Source: Octopus sinensis (Eukaryota). Taken from it: 64,000 nt of DNA. The notes beneath the pieces were generated by a model. That model did not search any database. It had not been told where the DNA came from and saw only the letters and a list, made by a program, of their open reading frames with translations. This document shows positions 12,073 to 26,045 of the stretch, one piece after another; positions within the stretch are counted from its first letter, which is position 1; every line of letters begins with the position of its first letter. The DNA is taken from positions 48,732,001 through 48,796,000 of the forward strand of contig NC_043001.1 in NCBI RefSeq assembly GCF_006345805.1. The letters run 5' to 3'. Position numbers and translations under genes: made by a program.

Positions 12073-12705
12073 GAAGTGGGTGATCTGGCAGAGTTGTTAG
12101 CATTCTGGGCAAAATGCTTCGTGGCATTTCGTCCGTCCATATGTTCTGAGTTCAAATTCCGCCGAGGTTCATTTTGTCTTTCATCCTTTCAGGGTCGATG
12201 AAATAAATACCAGTCAAGCACTGGGGTTGATGTAATCAACTAATCCCCTCCCTTGAAATTTGAAGCCTTGTACCTATAGTAGAAAGGATTATTATTATTA
12301 TTATTAGTAGTAGTAGTAGTAGTAATAATAGTTGTATTAAGGCACCAAGCTGGCAGAATCATTAGCATGCCAGACAAACTACTTAGTGAGCATTACTTCT
12401 GGCTTTACATTCTCAGTTCAAATGCCACCAAGGTCAGCTTTGCCTTTCGTCCTTTCAGGGTCAATGTAATCAGTTTGCACTCCCTCCCCCATTCTTCCTC
12501 TCAAAATTACTGGCCTTGTGCCAGAACAAGAAAGAGCTATTATTTGTAATTGTTCATATAATTTTGCCAAGGTTGACTTTGCCTTTCATCTTTCCAGTGT
12601 GGGGAATAGGGAACTCAATAAATAAAGTACCAGTTAAGTACTAGAGTCGATTCAATCGACTAACCCCTCCCCTCAAATTTCTGGTCTTGTATTATATAAG
12701 AAACC
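12073..12705 (+). mobile_element. Three tandem tRNA-derived SINEs (family B, Nin/Deu-like central domain)
   Basis: Repeats of gagctggcagaatc...gagttcaaattc...gcctttcatcctttc.gggtcgat..aa.taagtaccagt separated by ATT/TAG tails. Confidence 0.85.
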
Positions 12706-12952
12706 ATTATCAACATCATCATCATCATCATCATTATTGCACAATACATAATATTGGCTTTGTAGAAAAGTTCATAGAACATAGGATATTTTTTGCAAAA
12801 AATAATACTGATAATAATAATTGTGGGAAAAAAAAAATTTGTTGTTTTCTAGTGTTGATTCTTATTATTATCATGACTTTCTGATAATTAATACTTGGTT
12901 TTAATTTTGTATTTTGTTTGTTGGATTTTCATTATTGCAGTATCATCTACAT

Positions 12953-13030
<78 letters not shown>

Positions 13031-14169
13031 CACACATATATTCAGCTCTTTATGTATACACAGAACTTTTTATTCATGACCAATTCCTGTTTTCCTTCAG
13101 CTCCCATCTCTTTTCTTTTACTTCATGAACCAATCCCTTTCCTGGCTGGCTACTTAGCTGGTTGGTTGGTTGGTTGGAACTATTGACTCTTCTCACTCAT
13201 TTATATCTTGCTTCCAACTCTACAAGAAAAGCGAAATCACATGAAGAAAGGTATGGAAGTAACTCAGAAATATTACCTGGAATTTGGTATAGCTGAATTT
13301 CAAATGGAACACTGCTACTGTTATTGTTATTGTCACTGCTGATACCACTACTACTTCTACTAATAATAATGATAATAATAACAAGATGCAATACCAGTAC
13401 TAATGCAACAAAAGACTCAAGCCAAACCTCACAACAAAGCAAACTGATGCATTACAGTAATGGGAAGAGTGTACTCCACCAACAAAAAGAAGGACTCACA
13501 ATGCTGCATACATCTCAGGAACATGGAGGTGTACCAGGTGATGCAGTGGAAATTTGCTTGAAACTGTTGAATGATAATGATGGAATCTCCCATCAAAGAT
13601 AACATGTGAGTGGTCAGTTTTTGCTGAATGACCTGCACAAATGATTTGTTTATAGTGATAAAATGTATGTGCTGTACACATTAGCTCACTCCCTCCATCA
13701 AATCAATATTGTCTGTACAGATGCACAAGGGTGCCACATGTCAGATGTCAAAATGATCACAGAGCAGCATGGAATGAAGTGTTTTGCTCAAGAACACAAT
13801 GCACTGCCCAGTCTGGGAATCAAACTCAAAATCTAATGATCGTGAATGAAGCACCCTAGGTACTTTCACAAAACTTTGTGCATTAAATAGTAATAGTAAT
13901 AATAAGTAACTTCTTGTTCAACCATTTCATTTAAAGATCTTCATTTGTATAATAAATAAAATGTCCACATAAGGTCAAAAAAATACAAAGGACGCAGTTG
14001 GTAGGGACCAAGTGGATGTAATAGTGACTGATAGGATGTGGTCATTGTGTATGTGGATGTTGCCAAGGGCATGTGATAAAGGAGCAGTTCCTAATTTTGG
14101 TTTGTAGTGGGGGTTCCTGAACTTGTTGAGTAAACAGGCTTTTCAAAAAACCTGTAGGGTATACCTTTT

Positions 14170-14305
14170 ACTTGTTTCACCACCTTGAAGAATTTGTTAG
14201 TCAAATGAATCGACCCCAGTACTTACTTTTTCAAGTTTGATACTTATATCAGTTTCTTTTGCTGAAGCACTAAGTTATGGGAGTGTAAACACACAGAAAC
14301 AAAGA

Positions 14306-14342
<37 letters not shown>

Positions 14343-14505
14343 ACAGGTTTCTTTCAGTTTCTGTCTACCAAATTCACTCACAAGGCTTTGATTGGCCTGA
14401 GCCTATAGTAGAAGACACTTCCCAAGGTGCCATGCAGTGGGACTGAATCTGCAACCATGCAGTTGGGAATTTAGCCTCTTACCACACAACCATGCCTGCA
14501 CCTAT
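14170..14505 (-). mobile_element. tRNA-derived SINE with internal microsatellite (family CD)
   Basis: Same head (ctaccaaattcactcacaaggc...gacacttcccaagg) and tail modules as the young copies at 45290 and 57830. Confidence 0.75.
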
Positions 14506-15986
14506 AGGAAAATAAATTTAAATAAGTGAATTCCTTGGTTGTAAAACAATTTCAATGGTAGATGTTAAGTGGCTGTAATAGTTGATTAGTGGCTGATGGT
14601 TCATTCATACTCTATCCACAACACTGCAATATATCTGTCCTTGATCAGGTCACTTAAGCTCTCAAATGACCCAGCTCAACTTGCTGTAATTAACTTCAGC
14701 AATAGAGGAACAGCAAAAAGTGGCCAACAAACTGGCAGAATCATAAGTATGCTGGGCAAAATGCTAAATGGCATTTGGCCCATCTTTATGTTCTGAGTTC
14801 AAATTCCACCGAGGTTGACTTTTTTTTTTCACAGCTGATGAAATATGGGTCAATTTAATCAACTAACCCATCTCCTAAACTTACTGGCTTTGTACGAAAC
14901 TTTGAAACTAATATAGGAACAACTTTCTATTCCAAGAAGTATTACTGTCAACTCAACAAATGATTTATTATTTCGCAGTGCCAAGTTCAGTTCCTCTTGT
15001 GGGAAAAAGCTACCTGCGAATAGACCACTGTCCTATCCCAGGAAATTTCTATCTCTCATCCAATCAGCACAATAGAAACCGAAGTTAAACCCTCACAATC
15101 ATATGAATCTTCATGGTTCAGAAGAAGATTAACTTTGATTCTAGCTTGAAATTCTCAATTTCCAAAAGATGATACAGACATGAGAACTCACACACACATA
15201 CTCTCAAGTTTTTAAAAAAATTTTCTCGTTTTCTTTTCCTAAATCAATGTTCTGGACTCTTGCACTAGGATTGACTTCTGTTTCTACTTTTAATGTCAAA
15301 TCAGAATAGGAATGGTTACAGTCATGACTTTTTTGTTTAAGCCTCTGAGGCTGGTGGAATGAAGAGAGGAAGATATCATTTGAATCATTCATGGCATAAA
15401 AATGACAACAAAAATTTAAAACAAAGTCCATTTGGATCCATAATGACTTTGACCTTTATCATTCTGGCTTATAAAGTTTGTGTGTCCATGTATGGTATGT
15501 ATACATACATACATATAAATAAATATATAATATAATATGATATAATAATATATATCAATACACATATGAAAATATTTTTTTATTGGCTTCTGCCATGCTA
15601 GCTTTGTATTTGTTCCCTCCAGAGTCTATAAAATGAGTACCAATATATATATAATATATTTCATTGTGTTTATAATGAACGAGATGAAAATGATCAATAC
15701 ATGTTGAGCATAGCTATTAAATTTACTTGATTCATATCTTTTGATTCATTATTTGAAGTCTTCAGGTAGAAATGTCTTCATGCTTCCCAACTTCATAATT
15801 TCAGAAGTCACATGTGTGATTGTGTAGTTAAGAAGTTTGCCTCCCAACCCTGTGGTTTTAGGTTCAGTCCCTCTGTGTGACACCTTGAGGGTGTGTCTTC
15901 TATAGCTCCTGGCCAGTCAAAGCCTTGTTAATAGATTTGGTGGATGGAAACTGAAAAGAAGCCTATCATGTATGTGTGTGTGTATG

Positions 15987-16037
<51 letters not shown>

Positions 16038-16039
16038 AT

Positions 16040-16380
16040 GAAGGTGCATGGCTCAGTGGTTAGAGCATCGAGCTTACGATCGTGAGGTTGTGAGTTCGAT
16101 TCCTGGACCAGTCTGCATGTTGTGTTCTTGGGCAAGACACTTTATTTCACATTGTCCAGTTAACTCAGCTGTAGAAATGAGTTGCAACATCACTGGTGCA
16201 AGCTGTATCAGCCTTTGCCTTTCCCTCGGATAACATCAGGGGTGTGGAGAGGGGAGGCTGGTATGCATGGGCGACTGCTGGCCTTCCACAAACAACCTTG
16301 CCCAGACTTGTACCTCAGAAGGTAACTTTCTAGGTGCAATCCCATGGTCATTTATGACCGAAGGGGGTCTCTTCCTCCTA
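16040..16380 (+). mobile_element. tRNA-derived SINE (family E)
   Basis: A/B-box head TGGCTCAGTGGTTAGAGC...GAGTTCGATTCC, core gttcttgggcaagacact, 3' end tctaggtgcaatcccatggtcat; related minus-strand copy at 50620-50920. Confidence 0.85.
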
Positions 16381-18729
16381 TCTATGTGTGTGGTTTTGTT
16401 TACATTTGCGCTTGCTTCTATGAACACTGTGACTTTTAAGCAGTGTTGTCACATCTGTTAAATCCTTTATTTGTTTTGTGCCATGTAGAACATTAGACCT
16501 CTTACTTGAAAAACAGGTATGGCTTATTAGCATCAGGGAAGATATTTGGCTGTAAAACCATGTCATAATAACATATTCATCTAACCCATGTCAGCAATGA
16601 AAAATACACATAAAAATGAATGAATATACACTCACACATACACATAATATACATTGTATACCAATAATGAAATAGTAACGATAAGCATACCTTATAGAAT
16701 GAATAAATAACTACATATTACTTATATTTCATTACATTCTGACTACTAATTCCTCCAATACCATCTATACTTATTATTGTTCTTCAGTAGCAGTAAAGTA
16801 CTATGGTTCATTAGATTGACTACACTTTCCTCACTAAAATTCATGGACTTGTACCAATGTAAGAAAGATTATAAATGTCATAAAGACAGTGGTAACCATT
16901 GACACAGTGGAATATATTCCAAACATATCAGTCTTGAGTTTCTGTTCTCTTGGTCATAAGTTTTAAACCTGCTGGAGTAGAATTTACTTATTGTTCCTTC
17001 CAGGTTTGATCATATAAGTAACAGTAATATCCTAAGTCAGTATTTTTTATGCATTTTAAAAAATTTTATCTAGTTTCAGCTCATGAGCTGTGGCCATGCT
17101 GGGGCACCACCATTGTTGTACAAAAATTATTTTATGCCTCAGTAAGAGAGTGGCACTTATATGGTGTCATATATTCTTTTATATGTTTCAGTCCAAAGGC
17201 TGTAGCCATGCTAGAGTCCTGCTTGTAAAAATGATGAACATACTTAATAGATTTCCAAACCTTATTGGATTCTCATCAGAGACCTCTACATCAATTTGAC
17301 TAATATAGCCACAACAATTGCTTATATCATTGGTGGTTAGTCTATGGCACCTGAGGCACTAGGTGATATTCACAGAGATTATATAAACATACGATGATGA
17401 AGGGAAAGCGCAAAAAATTAAAATTAAGAGATGAGGGTATTTCTGTGTGATTAAGATGTTTGACTTGCAGCTATAGGATTTCGGGAGCGGGATGTGATCC
17501 CACTATATGACATTTTGGGCATGTGACTTTTACTGTATTTTGGGGTTGACCAATGTCTTGTGAATGTAATTTTGTAGACTAAAACTGTAAGGAAGCCTGC
17601 TACATACAAATGTATTTGTGTGTGTGTGTGTCTATGTATATATATATATATGTGTGTGTGTATATGTGTTTGGCAGAATCATTAGCATGCTGGATGAAAT
17701 GTTCAGTGGGTTTTCATCTGTCTTTATGTTCTGAGTTCAAATCCCACCAAGGTTGGCTTTGCCTTTAATCCTTTTGGAGTCAATAAGCTAAATGCCAATT
17801 GAGCACTGGGGTCAATGTAATCAACTACTCATGAGTAAGAGGATAAAAACTGCATCCCTTCTGCCAAGCCATGTTGAGCTAGTGTGGCAGAGGAGGCTCA
17901 CCAAACCAGCATGATCTCAAGCTCAAATTCACAGCCTCCATATGAAACTGTAGTTGGTGGAGAGAACATGCCAAGGCCTTTGTCCTACACTGGACTGAAC
18001 ATAGGCAATCCAATCCCATCCAGTCCACACTCACACATATATACATATACACACATATTTATATACATAAGTGTGTTTGTCTCCCCATGTCTTTGCCTTA
18101 ACAGTTTTTGAGTAGTGGTAACATTTACGTCTCTCAGAATCAAAATGTCTCGAAGCTCAATGGTTCAGCTTGCAAAGTAGAATTAGTGTAACTTACTTGA
18201 AAACAGCGGTTGTTAACAGGAAGAGCATCCAGCTATGGAGTATTGCCTAATAAAATATTATATCAGCTTTTCCATGTCCACATGAAAAAGCTGATATAAA
18301 ATTCGTGGCAGTGATTTCACTAAGGCTGCCAATGTCATTGATAAATTTCCAAGAAGTGTGGAACCTTCAGTCATGACCTATAACCTAGGCTTGCCGAGTG
18401 TCAGGCCAGGGTGTTTTGTGCTTGGCACTGCAAAATTATGGTCATTATATATTGCTGTTAAGGTGGTGAACTGGCAGATCATTAGCATGCCAGGTAAAAT
18501 ACTTAGTGGAATTTTGTCCATCTTTACATTTCATTCTTTCAAGGTCGGTAAATTAAGTACCAGTGAAACATTGGGGTTGATGTAATTAACTAGTCCCCTC
18601 CCCCAAAATTTCAGATCTTGTACCTTTAGTAGAAATGATTATATATTCCTATCTATTTACATCCAGTGAGGGTTTTGTGTTGGTTCATGGGCAAAAATGC
18701 TTTGCTTGTTAAAATTAATTGGAATGCAG

Positions 18730-19260
18730 CCATTTTGGGCACTGATTTGGAGGGTTTTAATCAAACAGATTGATCCCTGCCCTTTTTTTTTTTTTAAGCT
18801 TGTCTCTTATGCTAAATTACTGGATTGTAAACAAACCAACAGAGGTTGTTAAGCAGTGGTAGTGAACTAAAAACACACACATATATGATATGCTTGTAGT
18901 TTCTATCTGCCAAATCCACTCATAAGTGTCTTCTATTATAAGCCAGAGTCTATAGTAGTAGTTGTTGTTGTTAAGCAACAAAACGGGTAAGGGTGATGAT
19001 CTAGGGCTTAGGGGCGGGAGACCCCAGACCTTGGAAAAGTGGGGGGAAAAAACTTTGGTCTTGTTTTAGTCGAGGGCTCTTTGTTGACACTCGACACCAC
19101 TGGGGGGGGGCTCAAAGTCGCTGGAGATGGAGATCTCCAGGTCCAAATTCTTGAACGACTATAGTAATAGACACTTGCCCTATGTGCCATGCAGTGGTAA
19201 TGAATCAGGACCCATGAGATTAGGAATCAAACTTCTTACTACACAGCCACCCCTGCCTCT
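18730..19260 (-). mobile_element. Family CD SINE split by a younger insertion
   Basis: SINE sequence resumes at gacacttgccc (19170) after a 200-bp insert. Confidence 0.7.
18958..19158 (-). mobile_element. Short 5'-truncated retroposed 3' end with (AAC)n tail
   Basis: CTATAGTA duplicated at 18950-18957 and 19159-19166; (GTT)n at the left end; GC-rich body unlike other repeats in the window. Confidence 0.7.
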
Positions 19261-21624
19261 ATATAAACTAATGTTTCTCTAAACAGTTACCCAATGCTCT
19301 ATAAATTTGGTTTCTTCTGAGGGAGAGGGGAAGAGTCAATTGAAGAAGTAGCTTAAGGATAATGTCACAAAACAGTTGGACATAATATAACAGTGGAGCC
19401 TAAGGAAACTACTGATGTTTTGTGTTGGCAAAAAGTAATATAAATAATTCAAACAGTGGAATATATTTTTATACTGTGAAAAACAACCCTTTGTGTTGGA
19501 GAGAAAAATGTCAAGTGATATTGAAGGATAAATAAATTAGGTTTAGAAAGAAGGAAGAAGTAACATGTTGAGGGAAAAATCAATGGTCAGAGCGAGGAGT
19601 AAATAAAAGGAACACTAGCAGATGTTTAAAAACATTGGTGGGAGGTGGGAACAAAGGAAATATAGCTGTATGTGTACACACACAGAGAATGAGTGAAAGA
19701 TATACACATGTACATATATAGATGCATGTATAAAATACCAACTGGCATAAATACATGTTTATGTAAAAATATTACAAATATATAGGGCCATCAATACAGA
19801 TATATCTTTAGTAATTATCTGATATGTACATAACAACAGATACTAGTACAGGCACATATGTATACCTTTGTGCAAATATATATATGTATATATATACTCA
19901 CACATGCATACATATATTTGTGTAGCTGCAAACGGTGGAGTTTCCATGAGATCACTTGACATTCCAGAAATACCAGCCACATCTCATTTCAGTTAATCAC
20001 CATTGTCTTAAAAATGGAAGAACACATTGAACAACAATATCTGTACACACACAGGTGTAGCAGTATGCATCTTTAATTTTGTGTTATCCTTTGACAACTA
20101 GTTTGTTGATGGGTTTTTTTTTATGTCCTTGTAACTTAGCAGCTCAGCAGAAAGATACCAATGTAAATAGAAGACTTAAAAATAATTAGTACTGGGTTGA
20201 TTTGACTGAGTAAAGCTCTGAAGGCAGTACCCTAGCATGGCTGCAGTCTGATGACTTAGAATTAAAATGATTGTGTGTTTTTATATTTTATATACACACA
20301 CACACACACACATATAGATAAGATATGTAGTGTTTCAGTTTGGGTCTACTAACTTCATTGTATTGTCTACTTTATTCTGTCCTTATGTAAAAGAAGTGGA
20401 TAAAATATTGGATTACAAGATTAGCAGTGTTGAATTGAAATCAAGTGCAGCCATTGTGTTGTGTATTTGCATAGTACACCCAATTCTACATTGTTTCAGT
20501 TGATATAGCTGTCAGAAATAAGTAGCAGATTATCTTTGAATGTTGCCTGAAATAGATCACTGTTTTATCCAAGGTGAGATTTATTGCTAATCTGTTTCAT
20601 GCTATGAAATCAGAACCAAATACCAGACTTAAGAAGACAATTCCGTGTTCTGAGACTTAGTACTTGAAATATGTATTTTCCATTTTGGAAAATGGCGGTG
20701 GAGAGATTTATTGAAGGAAATTTATGTTGGTTCTCTTATGTTTTTATCACAAACATGTAAACATTGTTTTAATATTATTTTGTTGTCGTTTTTCTTTTTT
20801 TGGTTTTTGTTAAAGCTATTTTTTTTTAAATTTCTAATTTCCATGATAATGTTCAATTATCTGTCTATTGCCAGATTCTAATGTATTGGTTCATCTTCAA
20901 TCCTCTTCTGCTCTACCTCATTCCAACTTCCTTGCCCACTAACACCTGCTAGCCTCTCCATTCCCATTCTTTCACAATCCTTAAAAAATGTCAAGAATTC
21001 ATTGATATTTCCTTAGGTTTAAAAATTTCTTTTTTTAATTTCAGTTGATATTTTTCTTTTTATGTTGGTATTGTTTGTTATTTCTTAGTTGTTGAATTGT
21101 CATCTCATGCAATGTGTCATATCATACTGTGTCAAGATGTCCATTATTTCATTATTAAAAAAAAAAATCTTTAAAAATCCTCTTCTTCACTGATTTTTTA
21201 AAAATTTCTTTTTGCAGAATCAATGACTTCAAACCACCGATATATGCATGCACACTGGTATACCTTTTTAATTTAGTTGCATATCAAGAATTTAGCTCAG
21301 TGATTCACCAAATTAATTTTCCTACTAGCTTAAGATAAAATGTTTAATGCACCAACATTTTTTTCGTAACTTTATTACTATTAATTAAAAAAAATGTAAT
21401 TGCTGATTTTTTGAAAACAAACTTGACACTACTACAATAATTTGGCAATCATTATATCATTATATGAACTCAAATTATCATGAACTCATAAATTTATTTT
21501 ATCCTTGAAGAACAAATGAAGTTAATATAGCACTAAATTTAACCATTTATTTTCATGAGATGACATACTGTGCACTTAGATTTGAGCAAATATATTTTGT
21601 GTGTGTATTTGTATTTGTAAACTG

Positions 21625-21925
21625 GCACTCCATAGATTATGGTTATGAGGATTCCAGTTGATCTGATCAACAGAACAGTCTACTCATGAAATAAATGTAC
21701 AAGTGGCTGAGCTCTCCACAGACATGTGTACCCTTAACATAGTTCTCGGAGAGATTCAGTGTGACAAATCTGGCCCTTTGAATTGCAGGTACAATTCATT
21801 TTAACCATTTTAGTGGACCTGAGCAACATGAAATAAAGCATCTTGCTCAAGGACACAACACACAACCAGTTTTGAAATTCATGGCCTTACCATTGTGAGT
21901 CAAATACCCTAACCACTTAGTCACT
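21625..21925 (-). mobile_element. Degenerate tRNA-derived SINE (family F)
   Basis: Matches the young copy at 61290-61683 (ccacagacatgtgtacccttaac.tagttctcg). Confidence 0.75.
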
Positions 21926-21950
21926 CACCTTCACACACACACACACAAAC

Positions 21951-21991
<41 letters not shown>

Positions 21992-21994
21992 CTA

Positions 21995-22111
21995 CCTCAC
22001 GTGGTAGGATTTTGGAGGGAAATACGAATTCACTTGTCTATATAAATGTGGATATGCTAGTTGACTTTTGTATCTTTCGATGTCGCTTGATCGAAAATAT
22101 AAGAGGTAAGT
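21995..22111 (+). promoter_or_regulatory. Candidate promoter / non-coding first exon ending in a strong splice donor
   Basis: CACGTG at 21998-22003, TATATAAAT at 22039-22047, local CpG enrichment, AG|GTAAGT donor after 22105. Confidence 0.4.
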
Positions 22112-22376
22112 TTTTCCTAGCATTTCTAGATTTATGGGAAATATGTTGATAAGGAAATGAACCTTACGATTCTAATCCAGAAACGTACGTCCATAATTAA
22201 TCTGAAGACTGTGGTTTCGTTGTTTTTCTTCTTCTCTTGCCATATGTGAGTTACAAATATTGTTGTCTGTGGAGACTTATTTTTGTAGTAAAAGGAAATA
22301 GTAGTCCTTTGGCTGCTATTTCAAATATTTTCGGTATGTGGTTTAAGCAACTTGTCGCAAAAAACCCTTATTATTA

Positions 22377-22422
<46 letters not shown>

Positions 22423-25416
22423 CAGAATAATTTTCTTGTCTATATGTGTGTACAAATTAATTTTCTTTATGCACACTTTCATGTAGACAACTTGATAGTG
22501 AACATTAATTGTAACCAAAATGTTTCGAGCTTTATTTAGTTTTCTGAATTGTCCCTGAAGAGTCTTTTACCTACTTAAAAGCATTAATCAGAATAGCAAT
22601 TTTCACATGCTTTGCTATACTTGAACACCTTCTGTAGTATTCCCACATCTATAAGAATGCCAAAACTGTATCTGGAGAGCTGTGTTTTCCTATTGAGATC
22701 AGAAAACTAGTTTAACTCCAACAAGTAGTTGACCTATGCAGGGTACAGAATCAATGCATTTTGGAATATTTCTCAGACATTTGTGAAGGAACAGCTGAAT
22801 ACACATGAACTTTTTAGACTGCATCACAAACAAGGCCATCTGACTGATTAATAACCCTTAATTCACCAATACACTATAAGCATCAGTATATCTCTCTCTT
22901 TCTCCGTATATATATATACACACACACATACATGATAGAACAGAATCCAAAGTGACTGGTGTTGGTTTGTGTCAAAAAAAGTTATATTCTTTAGTAGTAT
23001 CAACAAGAAGAGTACAGTGAGTTTGGCGTGGAGAGGTAATCTAACATTTCAGTCTTTCATCAGAGAAAAGTTGATGAGTAAAACTAAAGAGATATAATAG
23101 AGTTTTACATTCTCTAAGTTGCAAAACTCTGCTGTCTCTCTTTAATTTTACATTTGTCAATTTTTCTTTCAAGAAGGACTCTGTTTCTACTCCTCATGGC
23201 AAGCTCTCTGTACTACTTTCTCGATTTTACTATACATATATATATATATATATAGCAAAATTGAAAAAGCATAAGTATATATTCCTTTTGCTCCTCTTTT
23301 TTTCCCCCATTCCTTTCTACTTTTATTGCATTGACCCCTGCACTTCTAATCTAGCAAACTATGCACCATCTCCACTAAGCACGCACAATGCACCTGCTTT
23401 TCCTCTTCCCATAATTCCTACAGTGCCTCATCCCACTATACCCTGCAATAAACACCTCCTTTCACAATCCTCTCACCTCCGGAACCGATATCTCACTGGA
23501 ACTCTTTCTCTACAAGCCTCAACCTACAAGAGTTAAACATCATCTCCATGAAGCTCATCTAGCCAGGAAGGCCTGAAAAGTTTATGGGTTCTGCTCTTAT
23601 TTCTAGGACTTTGTAATAAAAATAAAAACACTAAAAAGATGATCCAATAAAAGTTTGAACCACCAAGCGGTGCTATTAAGTGAATTATAGTCCGGACCTG
23701 CCATTTGCCAAAAATTACAATCTTATCATTCATTAATTGCATAATTTATTCATAATCCAAATAATGCCTTTTCTTTTAGTTTAATTAATTAATTTAATAA
23801 CTGATGTACTTGACCCAGTGCAACCAGTTTGAATTGTTTAGTATTTTTTGGGGTTTTTTTTTACTATTTCATTTCGTTCTTTTACTCCCACAAAGGATCT
23901 TCAACTGAAACCTAATTAAACTCTCATGGCATGCAAATTTATTCGATTTTGTAAACTTGTCAACATAGACCAGCCGTTGGCAAATTGCAGATAGGAGGAC
24001 TTTCTGAATGATGTGCCAGCAAAAACTTACCTTGATTTCTTTAGTAGTATAGCCCTGCTGATGATAAGCTATGTCTCATGTGACCTACTTCTCAAAGAAA
24101 GCTTCCTATACCTGACATAGACCATCATTGGTTTCTTTGGGTTTTAAAGTTTTTCAGTGCATCTCTGGTTTAAGTAATTTAAATTGCTTTTACATAATTG
24201 ATATTTGGTTTGATGATGCTAGTTTTCCAAAGTTTGGGATTAGTGATATAACAAGAACCACAGAAAACTCAGTAACTTATTTGTTGTAGCTTAATTAATT
24301 CAGCAAAATTAATCAATTCTGTCTAGTGATTGTGATTGATATTTGTCATTGTAATGCAAAGATCAAATGTATTGTCTGTCTGTACAATTAAATATGGTGC
24401 CTGGACTCCTTCGCTCAGAAAAAGCAAACTCTACTGCTAACTCACCAGTGAAGAGTAGCAACTTGTGAGTGACTGAGTCTGTTTAGAACAGTCTGCTGTT
24501 CCAAGATTATGGGATGTCATGTCACAGGTTATCATAAAAGTGCTGAGCTCACTTTGTCTCTACAATGTCAGTCTAAACCTAATTTAATCACTAATTTAAA
24601 ACAATATGAATAAACAAACACCACATTTGACTGAATAATCAGAATACTAAAGGGTTGATACATTTTGAATATTTACTAAAGGCAAATAGCCATAAAGCAA
24701 ATGGATAACAAATGCACACACACACACACATGATTGTCTTGCTTTGTGAGATGATAGCTGTCTCACATTTAAAAATGATAGACATCTGTATGTCATTGAA
24801 TTTAAGTAACAAAACCTTGTACAACTCAGTTGCCATAGTAGGTCTTAATGACAAGTATTGCAAGATGACTGGTACTAATTTGACTGCAAGTCTTATGTCA
24901 GAGTATCTCTCTCCTAGAAGAACTGCCTTCTAAAATAATGGGAGCTTCCTCTACACCTGGGAAATCTGTTTGACCCACAGATGGGACCCAGACAGGTACT
25001 ATTGAGAGTAATGGTAATTCAGGGGTGACTCCATGTGCCCCAGAACTCCCAAACTGGATCCGTATCGTCAGATACAGTTTAATGTCATACCCAGGACATA
25101 CGTACATACATTTTTACTGTGGTCATGCTGGTGCACCATCTTTAGAAGGTTTTACTTGATGGTATTAATCTTATTATATGTTTCAGTTGGTTGCTTATTT
25201 TATTGATTTCTCTTTGTTAAACCACTGTGGAACAAAAATCTGACACACAAAATTATTTTGATTTTTAGAGTAGTGTAAACATAAACACAAAATGTTTATC
25301 TATCCAAGGCTAACACAGTGGTATTGAACTCAGGATCATCTGGTTACAAAGAAAAAATACACCTCTGTCTTATATACATATGTAAATATGTATATGTGTA
25401 CATATACACACACACA

Positions 25417-25676
25417 TTTTTTTTTCTTTAAAAGGAAGTTCAGAAATATTTTGACATGTTCTTTACAAAAGACATTTTAGATTTTTATCTTCCAAGAATT
25501 CATGTAATCAGTGGTTGAATGTTCTCCCACTTGCATTCTAGTCCTAAATAGGGAGTGCAATGTGAAGTTTAATACAGATTTGTGAGATTTGGCCTGCTGG
25601 AAAAAAAACAGCCATTCAAAGTCTGTCTGTCTTTCTCTCTCTAGATGTACACTCATAAATATATATATATATATAT

Positions 25677-25709
<33 letters not shown>

Positions 25710-25711
25710 CA

Positions 25712-25793
<82 letters not shown>

Positions 25794-26045
25794 TTTATAT
25801 ACACATACACACACATATATAACTTTTTTTCTTTAAAAGGAAGTTCGGAAATATTTTGATATCTTCCTTACCAAAGACATTTTGGATTATTATACTCCAA
25901 AAATTCATGTAACCACTAATGGAATGTTCTCCCACTTTCATTCTAGACCCTAAATAGGGAGAGCAATGCGAAACTTAATACTGATGTGTGTGTACCTCTG
26001 CTTAATTGCTTGGTCTGCCAGAAAAAAAAAGCAGTCATTCAACTC
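25417..26045. repeat. Old direct duplication of a ~210-bp unit (25417-25622 and 25824-26045)
   Basis: Both begin tttttctttaaaaggaagttc.gaaatattttga; roughly 80% identical by eye; separated by TA/CA microsatellite. Confidence 0.85.

Noticed and set aside
15074-15286. ~20-bp imperfect inverted repeat (TAGAAAC.GAAGT.AA.CC)
   Set aside because: Similarity does not extend and there is no TSD; compatible with chance
16045-16120. tRNA-like sequence (also 61610-61683)
   Set aside because: Lacks a proper acceptor stem and continues into multi-copy SINE bodies; these are SINE heads, not tRNA genes
17230-17285. Minus-strand CTGATGA...GAAA motif
   Set aside because: Stems I and III do not pair in register; similar failures at 23050 and 60878
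20689-20760. AAAATGGCGG (YY1/Kozak-like) followed by MAVERFIEGN...
   Set aside because: Weak donor and no supporting homology; cannot be distinguished from chance
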